Positions 26,102 through 40,249 of a stretch of 64,000 nt of DNA are shown here, one piece after another. The DNA lies in assembly GCA_050575255.1 (NCBI GenBank), contig JBNZDD010013726.1, forward strand, positions 7,030,236-7,094,235, written 5' to 3'. The stretch comes from Harriotta raleighana (lineage: Eukaryota). The stretch's first letter is position 1; every line of letters begins with the position of its first letter. A program made the translations under genes and the position numbers. The notes beneath the pieces were generated by a model. That model saw only the letters and a program-made list of their open reading frames with translations. It searched no databases and was not told the origin of the DNA.

Positions 26102-29100
26102 AGGAGAAAATAGAAAGCCAGATTGTCAATACTGTAATAACAAAATGGAGCTCATGTTTTCTTAGCTGTGTACAAAGTAGATGGATTTCAAATGGCAAGA
26201 TAACTGCTTCAGGGCATATATTGTAGTGGAAAAAATCATAGGAGATTAGAAATCAGCAGTGATAATAAATTGCTTCACATCTGTCTTCACAGTAAGAGGT
26301 TTCAGTTTTGTCTCTTGTAAATAGTACCTGTGGTTACTGCCTGACTCAGGGAAATGAAGTCATTAAAAATTGTAAATGTCTGTGTAAATTGTATAGAAAG
26401 CCATAAAATAAAGCATTGATATTAATATAGATTTGGAGCACAGATCATATGTATGCACAGTGGGGAAGGTTGAAGCTGTAAATAATAATAAATGGTTTTA
26501 AAACCACCGCACTGAGTAAAATGTTTGAATAATTGCAGATGCCAAACTAGTCCCCTGATGTGCTCATCTTTGTCACGTTGTCTCCGAGCATTTTTTAACA
26601 GTTGATTCAGGAAAGTGTAACAAAAGCTGAAAATTGGCCACAAAAGACAGGAAATGAAGAGTGAAAGATAGTAAGTACAGTACAGTATATATAACTTTTC
26701 AGTTTGTAATTATCCAAGATAAAAGTGGAGACTAAACAGATGTTAACTGTGCATGTTCTTTAAAGAACAGTGTCCTGTCTGACAGCTCATTGATGTGTTG
26801 GAAATGCATAACAAATAAACTCTAAGTCGGGCCTCTTTCAACTGAACTAAACCTGTGCTTTTGGCCTACAATCTACGATAACGGATAACTAACAAATGAA
26901 AAGTCTATTGTCTTTTTAACTGGAATATTATGAAATACAAGTGTGTGGTATAACCGGATTATCTACATATTATGTGTAGGGAAAGGTTAAATATCAGCCA
27001 GTCTTCAAGACGTTTCACAGTGCTTCACAGAATATACTGTAAAATGTAGTGAATGTACATTTTGTGAGCGAAACAAGGTAAGCCAATTAAGCCACTGTGC
27101 ACAGCAGTGTCCTACAAACAGTCAGGGATTGAGTGCCCAAATTATCATTTTTTGAAATTAGATGCACAGTGACACAGTCTGACCTACATGTCACCCATGT
27201 GAGTCTTGAAGGGAGTATTTAACTATGTTTGGGCTGGGTCGTGGTCGTAGAGGTATTGAGGAGCTGAAGTTCCAGAGCCCTGGCCTGATCCACCCTCGCG
27301 GTCCGTCCGTCGGGGGCAGGGTCTCTGAACAAAGGTCAGGGAATTTTAGCTGGTTTCAACCTCAACCCAACACAACAGGTTTCTGAGAATAACAGCAGCC
27401 ACGACAGCCAGCCTTCTGAGATCAATCACTCCCCTGCCCACCCCCCACCCCGACGCCCACCCCTCCCACCCCGACACCCACCCACTGCCCCACCTACTGC
27501 ATCTCTCAACATAGAAGCAAAGATTGGCCCATTTTATTGGCCCATACTATATTAATAATAGACTAAATAATAACAGAATATTGTATTAGTACTTTATTAT
27601 TTATACTTAACTTCACAATGGCAGCCCTCACCCGACGGAGATTAAAAAAACGTGACTTTTAAAAGGAGCAGAAGTGAGTTTAGACTCAACTAGCAGCCAG
27701 CCGAAATAACTGCACCAGTACTCGCGTGCGACAATCGATTCATTAAATGCATCATCATTATTCTGCCGGAAAACTTCTGGTTTATCGAATTTGGACTTGT
27801 TTTTGAGGTTCCGGTTCAACGGGGTTTCCAGTTCATCGAGTTGTGGATAAACGGGGTTTTACTGTTTTACTGTATATGGGAAAGAAAAACTTCAGACTGA
27901 AACAATTATGTACACTTATGTACTCTTATTTGTTTTCTATGTTCCCCTTAAATGGTTCTCATTCAATTTCATTCATCTTCCTTTTGTGTTCTTTTCCCTC
28001 AATTGGTCCACTTATCNAGGAGAAAATAGAAAGCCAGATTGTCAATACTGTAATAACAAAATGGAGCTCATGTTTTCTTAGCTGTGTACAAAGTAGATGG
28101 ATTTCAAATGGCAAGATAACTGCTTCAGGGCATATATTGTAGTGGAAAAAATCATAGGAGATTAGAAATCAGCAGTGATAATAAATTGCTTCACATCTGT
28201 CTTCACAGTAAGAGGTTTCAGTTTTGTCTCTTGTAAATAGTACCTGTGGTTACTGCCTGACTCAGGGAAATGAAGTCATTAAAAATTGTAAATGTCTGTG
28301 TAAATTGTATAGAAAGCCATAAAATAAAGCATTGATATTAATATAGATTTGGAGCACAGATCATATGTATGCACAGTGGGGAAGGTTGAAGCTGTAAATA
28401 ATAATAAATGGTTTTAAAACCACCGCACTGAGTAAAATGTTTGAATAATTGCAGATGCCAAACTAGTCCCCTGATGTGCTCATCTTTGTCACGTTGTCTC
28501 CGAGCATTTTTTAACAGTTGATTCAGGAAAGTGTAACAAAAGCTGAAAATTGGCCACAAAAGACAGGAAATGAAGAGTGAAAGATAGTAAGTACAGTACA
28601 GTATATATAACTTTTCAGTTTGTAATTATCCAAGATAAAAGTGGAGACTAAACAGATGTTAACTGTGCATGTTCTTTAAAGAACAGTGTCCTGTCTGACA
28701 GCTCATTGATGTGTTGGAAATGCATAACAAATAAACTCTAAGTCGGGCCTCTTTCAACTGAACTAAACCTGTGCTTTTGGCCTACAATCTACGATAACGG
28801 ATAACTAACAAATGAAAAGTCTATTGTCTTTTTAACTGGAATATTATGAAATACAAGTGTGTGGTATAACCGGATTATCTACGTATTATGTGTAGGGAAA
28901 GGTTAAATATCAGCCAGTCTTCAAGACGTTTCACAGTGCTTCACAGAATATACTGTAAAATGTAGTGAATGTACATTTTGTGAGCGAAACAAGGTAAGCC
29001 AATTAAGCCACTGTGCACAGCAGTGTCCTACAAACAGTCAGGGATTGAGTGCCCAAATTATCATTTTTTGAAATTAGATGCACAGTGACACAGTCTGACC

Positions 29101-29932
29101 TACATGTCACCCATGTGAGTCTTGAAGGGAGTATTTAACTATGTTTGGGCTGGGTCGTGGTCGTAGAGGTATTAAGGAGCTGAAGTTCCAGAGCCCTGGC
29201 CTGATCCACCCTCGCGGTCCGTCCGTCGGGGGCAGGGTCTCTGAACAAAGGTCAGGGAATTTTAGCTGGTTTCAACCTCAACCCAACACAACAGGTTTCT
29301 GAGAATAACAGCAGCCACGACAGCCAGCCTTCTGAGATCAATCACTCCCCTGCCCACCCCCCACCCCGACGCCCACCCCTCCCACCCCGACACCCACCCA
29401 CTGCCCCACCTACTGCATCTCTCAACATAGAAGCAAAGATTGGCCCATTTTATTGGCCCATACTATATTAATAATAGACTAAATAATAACAGAATATTGT
29501 ATTAGTACTTTATTATTTATACTTAACTTCACAATGGCAGCCCTCACCCGACGGAGATTAAAAAAACGTGACTTTTAAAAGGAGCAGAAGTGAGTTTAGA
29601 CTCAACTAGCAGCCAGCCGAAATAACTGCACCAGTACTCGCGTGCGACAATCGATTCATTAAATGCATCATCATTATTCTGCCGGAAAACTTCTGGTTTA
29701 TCGAATTTGGACTTGTTTTTGAGGTTCCGGTTCAACGGGGTTTCCAGTTCATCGAGTTGTGGATAAACGGGGTTTTACTGTTTTACTGTATATGGGAAAG
29801 AAAAACTTCAGACTGAAACAATTATGTACACTTATGTACTCTTATTTGTTTTCTATGTTCCCCTTAAATGGTTCTCATTCAATTTCATTCATCTTCCTTT
29901 TGTGTTCTTTTCCCTCAATTGGTCCACTTATC
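26102..29932 (+). repeat. 1915-bp direct duplication (26102-28016 / 28018-29932) split by N28017; probable assembly overlap
   Basis: Offset 1916; only two differences seen (26967 a / 28883 g; 27258 g / 29174 a). Confidence 0.9.
27240..27872. mobile_element. Truncated Tigger-like MITE (right TIR only); duplicated at ~29156-29788
   Basis: Ends GGATAAACGGGGTTTTACTG plus TTTTACTG-TA, the same TIR family as 10045 and 52260. Left boundary approximate. Confidence 0.65.
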
Positions 29933-30469
29933 AAACAAATCTCTTGCTATCTTTATTTTAAAACATGGCTTGAAAAACATTGGTTTTGGGGATAACTGGT
30001 ACAGTTTGTACCAACAAAGGACAATTTTGCTTTGTAGCCTTTACCACAATTAGCTTCGTAATGCAGTAAATTAAGTGTGAAAGTACACCGTGTTTCACAT
30101 AGCAATGCATAACTGAAACATGCCAAGTGCATACTTCTACAATACAGCATTGTCATTATAGTTTCTAAATCTCTTATACACGTCATTTATTGATTACCAA
30201 CAGAATACGTGGATTTTTGCAGCGAGAATGCAACTATTAACATAGTTAATAGTTATGAATGCAACATTGTTAATCATCTGACTTGGCAAAAAGAAAATAG
30301 ATGTCTGTTTGGAGAGTTAGAAATGAGTTTAAATACGCCATAAATGTCAAGCAGATAATGTAGGAGTGGTTTAAAAACATTTGGTCTGACAAGTTACCAT
30401 ATTAATTGTGCATCCAAACAAAATTTACTCTTTATAAAATCTGATTTCATATCATAAGATTAGTTTGGA

Positions 30470-30690
30470 TGAAGAAGGCTCTTGGGCTTACCTGCTCGCA
30501 TTCCTCCAGAACACCAAGCCAACTGTTCCCCTCATCACAGCATCAAGATGTTTTTTAAATGAGTCCAGTCTCCTGGTCTCAACCACCTTGTTTCAGGTGT
30601 TAATTACTTTCTGGGTAAAAAAAAACCTTCTGGTATCTGTCCTGAAATTAACCTTTTGCAGCTCTAAACCCATGTCCTCTTATTTTACTG
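30470..30690 (-). mobile_element. CR1 LINE 3' fragment
   Basis: catcaagatgttttttaaatgagtccag...ctcaaccacc...ttctgggtaaaaaaaaaccttct is the reverse complement of a CR1 ORF2 end. Confidence 0.6.
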
Positions 30691-30942
30691 TCTTGTGTTG
30701 TTTTACTTTTAAAAGAAATCTCTTTTAAAATGATATACACATGGATTTGTCTGCAAGATTTGCTCTATTTCCCTCCCCCTCCATGAAAGTGACCATGCCA
30801 CACACCTTCTATGCTGCATGAATAAGCTGGAAGATTTCTGTAAGTGTGAGATGCACAAGAGTAGCTCAGGTTGGCTGACTGTCCGATCCCTCTCCCTGAA
30901 GACCTACTATTGCGGAAGCTCAGAAGCCAAGTGACATCTTAC

Positions 30943-31259
30943 CTCGTTGAATCTCGACACCAGACCTTCAACAGCATTGTGCTCCCTGTGCTTGCTACCA
31001 AGAACTGGGGCGGATGTAGAAGTCTTGAGGGGTGATGGCTTGCTATGGCAGCCTGAACCAGCCAAGTCCCTGGTCAGAAAGCAGAGGTAGTCGAGTGGTA
31101 AGATCTTACGGTAGAGTTCCTGCTCTTGCTCGGTCAATATGCTAGCAATCTCTTCAGGGAATTGAATTAGGTGTCGAAGGCTAGCTAGCTCCTTACTAAT
31201 CCCAGATACGGCGGATGGTAGCGTGCTAGAGCCAGCCATGGTCATGCAGAGTTGACGCT
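30943..31259 (-). CDS. PLCE1: PLCE1 exon, start of CDC25/RasGEF domain (ERQL...QFPEEIASILTEQEQ...RFNE)
   Basis: AG acceptor 31260-1, GT donor 30941-2; 317 nt, phase 1 to 0. Its 5' part is duplicated across the N at 31330 (second acceptor at 31410-1). Confidence 0.93.
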
Positions 31260-31480
31260 CTAGAAAATAAAAGCATGAGTTACCATGAGTTACATGCATT
31301 GAGAACAACAGATGCCTGAAAGTGAAATANCTAGCTAGCTCCTTACTAATCCCAGATACGGCGGATGGTAGCGTGCTAGAGCCAGCCATGGTCATGCAGA
31401 GTTGACGCTCTAGAAAATAAAAGCAATTTTTTACCATGAGTTACATGCATTGAGAACAACAGATGCCTGAAAGTGAAATA
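31181..31480 (+). repeat. ~150-bp duplication across N31330 covering a PLCE1 acceptor; probable assembly overlap
   Basis: 31181-31329 vs 31331-31480; they differ only at aagcatgagt / aagcaattttt. Confidence 0.88.
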
Positions 31481-33169
31481 CTGAATAAGGTTCCAGCTCA
31501 ATCTCAAAGTAATGTCAGATTATTTGAGTGGAGTTAAATTGACATCAAGTAATCAGGGAATATTTTAAAACTATTTAAACACACACACAGCTTTGAAGCA
31601 ACGTTTCTGAAGTTGTTTTATATTAATGCTTTATGCAGAATCAGGTGACTTATTTCAAAGTTTAAAAAAATTCCATATATTTGATACAGCGCATCATTGA
31701 AACTTCTCAAAGTGCTTCTTAGAATACATGGCAAAGTGGAGTAACTGTGTGTTTTGTGGTCAAATCACAGCAGCCAATTGTGCACAGAAATGTCCCAGAC
31801 ATTGAGCAATAACTCTGGGAAATTGTGGGCATTTTATGTGTTCCGTGTAATGAAATCTTTCTGTGCTCTCAGCAACCACCAGGGACAAGTTTGTGAGAAT
31901 GTCTGTGTTTTCATTGACAAATTCATCCTTTTCCATGCTGTGCTTAAGGTATTTTGACTCCCTTAACTTTTAGCTATTATTTGTCATTATTCACTTGACA
32001 ATGAGCATTGGCAGCCTATTCATTCATGGTGGAAACAAAGTGAAGAACAGTTCCAACACTATCCTTCATCCACATATGTATATCTTACAGTAGGATTCTA
32101 GTAGGGGGCAGGAGCAGAAAGCTTTGCTAATATTTCCCCCTCCATAAACTTGAGATTGCTGACTGCAATTGAGATAAGTAATTGACCACAAACTGTCAAC
32201 TTTAATGTCTGTGTGGCTTCATGCGGTACAACAACGTAGCTTTAACCCACTGGGCCATCAAGGAATCTGTTTCAGCTATCTATATTTATAGTTTATTGCA
32301 AATTTATGTACATGAATCACCTATTCTGGGAAGCCAGACTGTGTTGATGAGGTTTGCAACTGTTGTGTAAATATTAAAATGTCAGGTTAATTTGAGATAT
32401 TCAAAAATTTATTTAGCTGGATCTGACATGTTTCTCAGAAGATGCTTCATTAGTGTAAAATGTTTGTGTGGTTTGACTCCCAGTGAATAGATTAATCCCC
32501 ATTATAGCTTCATTACTGAAAGCCAGTGAAACATCTGAGCTTAGTAAATAGTCACCAACAAATGATACACCATGGAAAGCTTTCAATTCAAGTTTTTAAA
32601 GCAGCAGTTGAATTGGATATTGTTTGACTTAAATTCTGCTTCAATTAACTGCTTGTATTAAACATATTGACTTGGCCCTAAGCAAATACTTTCTGAAAAG
32701 AGAATTAAACAATTTATTTGTCAAAATAGTTTCCATCGCCAATCTTGTCGTGGTTAAAGGCCTTAGAGAAAAAAAGGCTGCAAATTGAAATCCAAATCTG
32801 TGTCAAATCAGCTATTCTCAACCATGGCATTAATGCTCACACTTGATCAGGGTATTAATGCTCCCGCTTGATCGAGTTGGAGGAATGCGACCAGCATCTC
32901 TGTACACCAACAAACAGACAATGCTTTCAGGAAAGGTGCAAAACTGGCAAGAAACAGGGTGTTGTGAAAAATACACTAGAATACAGATAGATTATACAGT
33001 TAAAATGTTCAAAACCAATCACTTTCCTAACTAAAGTAAAGCACAATGCTGTACAAAACATTCAATTACTTAGGATAATCAATACTAATCAACATTATGA
33101 TCTGCCCTATTCAAATAGCTACCAGAATCCATCCTATTCAACTACCTAATGTGGATCTGCATTATTTGA

Positions 33170-33337
33170 TTGGTCATTTCAATCCACAACTGTTTCTGGG
33201 ACGCTGCTGTGCACAATTGGCTGCCGCATTTCACTCACAAATATACAGCCAATTCACTTTACAGTATATTCTGTGAAGCTGTTTGATACATCTAGAAGAT
33301 GTGAAAAACGCTACATCAAATGCAAGGATTATTATTG
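33170..33337 (+). repeat. SINE 3' half
   Basis: ttggtcatttcaatccac...gctgtgcacaattggctgccgc...aaatgcaaggatt. Confidence 0.85.
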
Positions 33338-34229
33338 TTAAATTACTACTTAACATCAATAGCATTACTGTACTTAGCCCTAACACATGTATTTCAGCAA
33401 CAAATCATAACATCAGTGTTTTTTTCAATTTCAGAAAAATCTAATCAAATAATTTACGAATACAATTCAGCATTAAATTTTAATTCTTACATCCATGGAT
33501 GTTAACGTGAACCCAAGCTCGCGCAAACATTGTTACTTTGTTTTTTTTTGTCAATTTGACAAATGTCTGTACATTGTTGCAGTATATAAATAAAAGATGA
33601 AGTTTCCTTTCATCAAGCTGAAGTGTGTGTAACATGCTGAAATAGTTTACCACTGGGTGAAAACTCCAACATAGAGGGTAACCTTCACATTCTCCAAACA
33701 CTCTGCACTGCTAATTCCTGTTTAACACTGTGCCAGCAGTTCCAGGCTCAGGGCTGTCTGTCATCCGTACCAAATAACAGAAAGGTCAATTCAATAGCAG
33801 AGGGAGTATTTGTAACTACTCTCAGTGGATCTACTTTGTCATAGGGCTGATGTAACTGTCACCTATTGTGTGAGGAGCACTGTGGCATGAATACTGAAAC
33901 GCCTAAAGCGTAGCACAGACAGAAGCACGGGACCAGATAGAAAGGCTTTGCTAAAGCTAATCAGAAGCAGCTAATGGAGTAATTATACAGTCAAATGCAG
34001 ATCAATGATGACCAGATTCTATAAGAAAAAAAACACATTTCTTGGAATTAAGTTGTTTTGAAATGATAAGACCACAATTTATCAAATATGTATACCAATG
34101 ACCTTGGTATGCCCAGGCGTGATATTCTGTGTTCTTGGTAATTTCACTTAAGCAATGTTAGTCTGAATTCAAATTCTGCACAAAAAATACATTGGTTCAT
34201 GTGTCTGCCTTATCGTCACAAAACCATTC

Positions 34230-34495
34230 AAAGTACTTCTTCAGGCAATTGCTGTCACCTAAAGTGACTGGTTAGGTAAAACAAAACCCACAGCAGTTAT
34301 TTACACCAGTAAAAATTTCCATAAATATGTATGGCTTAATGGATAAATTAAACTTGGCCAAGATACTGGGAGAAATTCCCTTCTCCTTAAAAGAGTTTCA
34401 TAGGATTTTTTAACCAACTATCTGAAGAGGCAAACATGATTGTGGTATTGTGACTGATCTGAAAGGCAGCACATCTCATGATGCAGTACTTCGAG
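34230..34495 (-). repeat. Old Deu-domain SINE remnant
   Basis: Reverse complement of the Deu core (ggccaagatactgggagaaattcc...ataggattttt...tctgaaaggcagcacatct...atgcagtact). Confidence 0.55.
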
Positions 34496-35269
34496 GTAGG
34501 CATTGAGATACAATCAATGATCCCTGGAGTGTTCCTCTTAACATAATGATAATAATTTATTGCTTTGATAATACTGTACCATTTTATCACATGGTCGATA
34601 TATTGCAAAATAAATCAGTTGGGCTTGCCATTCTTTATAGTTATCCAGTGTCTTTGCTGGAAAATCTATGTATACGTGGACTTTAATGAGACAGGATTGG
34701 GTTTAATGAGACAGGATTGGACTTAGCCTTGGGAACCCACATAATTTTATAGGTTGACTTTTACTGTCTGCGTTTGCACATAAAAATTACTTGGGGTGGC
34801 TGGCCAATGCCTATGGTATAATACACCAACAAGATTTAGTGTTTTCCCACTATGTTATGCACTTATGTAAATACACATTAAAAATGGAAACCTATATAAA
34901 TACTGTAGTTTAGATGGTTTTGAAATTTACAGCCAAGATCACGTTAATTATGCCAATGTATGAGTGAATGGTGACTCTACCTTAGTCTCTTGTGAATATC
35001 AAACCTTTTTGATCTACAACAGTACACTTTGCTGCCTGTGATCAAAAATAACAGATTTAAATTAGGAATGTCGAGAATCGGTTATCATTGAAAAATACTT
35101 TACAAAGGAAAATTAGCAAATGCTTCGCAATCAGGTGTTGAAGAGTAATAGATAGAGTTTCCTTGAATAAATAAAGTTTCATGTCCAGGTCAACATAAAT
35201 CACCTTATCTCAAATCCACACTGCACCATATTGCCTCATGTAGCCTCCTTTAAGTCCTGCTCTTTAACA

Positions 35270-35645
35270 TTTCCATTGGTCGCCCCAGATCCCCTCCTTT
35301 CCCTCCACCCTCCCTGATCCCGACCCCAACTTGGGTCTGAAACATCGACTGTCCAGTGCCTTGGGATGTCCTCTCGTCATGGAAGGCACTATACAAATGT
35401 AATTTTCTCGTAGTAGGAATCTGGAATTCTCTCCCCCAATAGGATGTGGATGCTGGATCCAACCACACCTTTAAGAGTGAGGTTGATAAATGTTTGGTTG
35501 ATCAGTGGTCAAGGTATCAAGGAATATGTGGAGAAAGCGGAAAATTGGAATTGAAAAGATTAGTGGATGTACAGATCAACCATGATCTAATTAAATGGTG
35601 GAACAGACTCGAAGGGCTGAATGGCCTACTTCTGTTCCTATGCTC
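35270..35645 (+). mobile_element. L2 3' tail (35270-35405) abutting a CR1 3' fragment (35410-35645)
   Basis: ccttgggatgtcc...aaggcactatacaaatgtaat, then tggaattctctcccc...tttaagagtgaggttgataaa...gaagggctgaatggcctacttctgttcct. Confidence 0.75.
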
Positions 35646-36174
35646 CTATTACCCAATTTACTTCCACTTTCTCACTGCAAGTACTTTTGCATGAGCTGCA
35701 TTCAGCACTTTTTAATTAGTTTGCTCCTTAACAGCAAAGCAATTATTTTTATTAACAGAGACAAAATCAAATAGGTGTATGACTTATACTCTCTTTATAG
35801 TGCCAATGTTCTTGGACTGACAGCAGAATGTTTCTTCACAGGAACAGTTGGAGAACGAATGTCACACACATTGCCTAATTTATTCAACACCAGGAAACTT
35901 TGGCACTGGTTGAAAGCAAAGTGTATTTGCTATTGGCAAACAAAGAGACATCCATAGATCCACCCATTCTACCTCTCAACATCCCATCAGGACTAGGAAA
36001 CATGATTGAAAGCTACCTTGGAGACCAGATGCAAGCCAAGGAAATGAAACATAAATATGAAGGAAAATTTTCAGAAAATATTAATCTTAGAATACTTACG
36101 ATTGATATACAGACATTTCAGCAAGAAGGATAATCAAATTTCCTCTTGCTCTGCATTATATGACTCACTAGAAT

Positions 36175-36239
36175 TATAAGCCAAAATTTTAAATTCTAGT
36201 CAAATGNTATAAGCCGAAATTTTTAATTCTAGTCAAATG
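36175..36239 (+). repeat. 32-bp duplication across N36207; probable assembly overlap
   Basis: tataagccaaaattttaaattctagtcaaatg N tataagccgaaatttttaattctagtcaaatg. Confidence 0.8.
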
Positions 36240-39200
36240 TGTGGATTCTTTACACCTTAGTCAAATATCTGTTTGCTGTCATCGCCCACATTCTGAATTA
36301 CTTTTCAGATTTCTTATTAGATAAATGCCACCAGATATGATAAACAAACAGATTTTGGTTCTGTAATGAAGTGTTATCAACACAAAAAACATATCCTAGA
36401 CAGTCTCATGGACAATATTTGCTTCAGTGACATACAAAGGGACTGCTAATTACTGTACAAGGAGGTTTTTGATTTGTTTATTACAATATCATTAACAGCA
36501 AGTTTTACATTAACCAATGATCTTAAAGAATATTACGACTGGCATCTGTGCATTCACTTCATTATTCTTTGACGATGTGAGACAAATACAAATGCTACAA
36601 AATAATTTGCAGACATACACAGTAATTTTGATGACTGAATTCTTTACAGAGGTTACGATCATTTTCCAATCACACACAGAGTTAAGAATTATCTGCACTA
36701 AAAATGGATCTTTTAATCTAGGAAATAATCGTCATAGAGCGTTCTCAACAAACTTGGGACATGCAACCTAAGAATGCACAACTCAATTTGCTCTCAAGCA
36801 CTTTGGCAAAATAATTAGAAGTTCTATCACAAAATGTCCTGTCACCTCTTGCAACTTTTCCAACATTGAAGAAAACCTCTTCACATCTCTCGATTGTCCA
36901 AGACCTGAATCAGTTTTCTATTTGTAGCGGAGCAGAAAGGAGAGTGCTTCTTCTCCCACTTGACATGACCGATATAAATTAGTCATACTGCGTGGCTCCT
37001 ATTACATCTGAAGTTGCCAGAATCTCCAATTGGAACTCACACCAGGGATGTCTGACACATCTGACACAGTACATTTACCCTCAATTGTAACTCCATTAGC
37101 TCCCTATCTAAAAGCCTTTTATCATTTGCACATGAGATGCTGAGGCTGAGCCAGGTCTCTTCCAACCACAAGCCTTGAGAAACATTTTACGTGAATTCAA
37201 ACAAGCCCAGCATTCCTTAAATTGGCTCGGAGAAAACCAATCTTCTCATCTGCATGATTACAGCCAGGATGAATCCTCTATAAGTAGGCTCCAACTCAAA
37301 TACAAACGTAAACAGGAGTTAAGTTAGAGTACTGTCTTATCTAAATGCAATCGAGCACCGTCATTGTCACACTTGTTTGGCCAATCACTGTCCCTACACT
37401 GGGTACGTGAGAGGTGACATCCCAAACTACAAAATGATCATTTCCCAAATGATTTGTTAGAGCAAGGTTATTATTTAGCTCTGCAAAACTATCATAAGCC
37501 ACACATAGCAGGTCTAGATAAGATACGAGAATGAAAACTGTATTCATGGGTGAAATATGTTCCAACTTATACTGGGATTCAGACCTTCTCTGATTTGTTA
37601 CTTCAAAAGCAGAAGCCTGTCACTCCAGAAAAGATCAGTTCATTAATAGGTCAAATCATCAATTTATCATCATTTGGACTGTTTGTTCTATTTCTGTTTT
37701 CTTGATGCACACTGGAAGAACAATTATACTTTGGAGACCTTTGTGGCGAACAGAATTACTCTGATCAGCTAATTCGGGATAACAAGCAAACAAGAGCAGA
37801 TTTACCCCCATTCTAATCATACAACGGCTTGGGGGATCTGTGCAACATGACCAACTTAATACTCCTAGTTATCTCTATTTGACATACATAATTGTCTTAC
37901 TATCATTTCATACATTCAGCGATGAGTCAGATAATTACCTGAGGGCATTCTCATCTCCATGGACCCATCTCTGAATTTTATTTCTAACACGCAAATGGGT
38001 CATCGGCTTATGTTGTTCTCTATCTGAGGTGGAGGTAACACCTTTTCTGTGCTTTTACATATTCTTGTTTTTGTCCAATAAAAAAAAGTATCAATAAAAC
38101 ATAAAAGAACATTGACTGAAAATATGGTTCGTAGCAAATATGAATCGTAACTGCTCAAATATCTTAAGCTTTTAAGATCCAGGAATATCTCACCACTTTT
38201 CCCGAAAGGGAATAACTCAAACTAATGTGGTGATTTGATGGATGATTTTTTCCATTAATATTTTTATGGATTTGCCCCAAAGGGCTTCTCAAATCAACCT
38301 AAAGAAATGAGCAAGACGTTGAAATTAAATTGAAGCTTGTTATTGCTTTCTTCAACCGCTGTCACTGGGCAGCATAATTTATCTAAGAGGTTTTTGTTTT
38401 TACGGATTATTGTCGCACTCTCGTGTAGTCGGTCAGAAATGGTTGTAACAAAAAATCGCAACAGGAAATTCCAGCCGGGGAAAATGGGTACCAAATCACA
38501 GGCTTAAAGGAGGGTGAATCCTGCACAACATAACAGGTATAGTGAGAAATTCTTTTAGAAATATGTGGAAAATTAGTCAGTGATCAATTGATGATAAACA
38601 ACATGTGCTTATCAATATTTAATTGTGTGAAACTAGTGCTATAACTTTATTGTTGATTTTGTCCATTGTGAGTGATACACGGGTCCATGTCTCTTGCTGA
38701 TTGTAAGAAGAACTGGAACCTAGAAGGGCAAATAACAATGCTCACTAGATGTATCAGCCATCTCCTAACTAGGTTGGAGAAACAGGGAGTTCTGAGAATC
38801 AGAGATCAGATAAGCTCTGTAATTTCTCTATCCAAATTCTCAGAATTCATAACCTTAAACTGAGAAGTAGCCCAGAGAATAAACAAAAGATTTCTTTAAA
38901 AAAGGATTATGGGCATAAAAAAAATGTACTGCCCCCAACTTAGCCAGACTGATTACAAAGCAGTTCCGGCTGTGTAATTGCTTGAATCCTGCGAACAGAA
39001 GGTATTGAATAAGCTATGAAAATCGAATCAAAGCCAATATCCCTGGCAACTGTGAAAGCTAACAAGGATAGTGAGGTGGCTCAGCACAAGTTGGTGTGTG
39101 CTAGGAGCGTTGGAAGTCGGACATCTACTCACACATTGGCCTGTGGAAAGTTTGGATCCATTAAAAAGTTGTTTAATTTTGGGGCCCAGTCCAAAACTAT

Positions 39201-40249
39201 GTTCACATTCCAGATACTCAAGAGTCCAGTCCAGTAAGCTAGGGTTTACTGTATCAGCTTCACCAATGTTTGGTAACATGGAGAAAGTAACAGCCATCTG
39301 TGGTGCAGATGGTAGTAGAGTTAGGGATCAGGAAAGTCCACTTACACAATTTACTGAAGGATTGCAGAAGATGAAACCATACTCCAAAAACAACGAACAT
39401 AATAAACTTGAAAGAAACAGCTGCAAACCTATGCAAGAACGTAAAGGTTACAAGTAAAAGTGCACAAAAGTAACAATTGTGTGTTATCTTCAACATCCAA
39501 TGATTGATATATGGAGCTACAGGAAACGCATGAAAATAAAATACTATTGCCTTCGCCAGAGTACTTTAGTAAAAATCTAGGAATGTAGGACAGTTAGGAA
39601 CCTGACGTTTCCCCTTCATTTATTATCTCATTTGTCATTTACTTGGCTTAAGAACATACAGTGTTTTAGTCAAAACTGCTTACATATGTTATGTTCATGC
39701 TTGAAGAATTAGTACAAAACTAAATTCATCTAAAAGGAAAGCATTCACTCTCAGATCTTGATCACTCTGTTAATGAAAGTCGGGGCTGTTAGAATCAAAC
39801 AGTGAATACGGATTTACTAAAAGTCTGAATAAATCATACATAAACATATTACTTTAGGCCTTTATGAAATATATGGACCAACCCACTAAAGATAAACTGT
39901 TTTATATTGGAACTGATAAATTGATAGGCATGTGATTGAGATTTTTATTTTCAAATATTTCAGGGTAATTTATGCTGCATTCATACTAAACATTTTTGCA
40001 GCAAATTGCTGTGATTTTTCCAGTGATTTGCTGCAAAACATGCAGCATAAACTTGACCCAGCACGAATCACGCTGGAATCTTTTCATCCGGAGAGACCTT
40101 AAGGAGGTGGATTTAGAGCATTGGGTGCATAGTTCTGCAGTATAAACACATTGGGTGTGATTCGAAAAGGCTCCACTCAGAATTACTCCCTTGAACGTAA
40201 TTAGCCTGACCTCAAGGCAGCCCAAGAACAAACAAACCTCGTAGATTTT

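Noticed and set aside
26102-29932. Real segmental tandem duplication
   Set aside because: The junction is a single N and the same pattern recurs at every N, so an assembly artefact is more parsimonious.
34682-34720. Short tandem duplications (also ~4531-4559 and ~21669-21710) and CA/GT microsatellites
   Set aside because: Ordinary slippage products; no repeat-spacer organisation, so not CRISPR-like.
39016-39496. Cluster of overlapping 70-130 aa ORFs
   Set aside because: No recognisable protein similarity or splice structure; at most a decayed element that I cannot identify.
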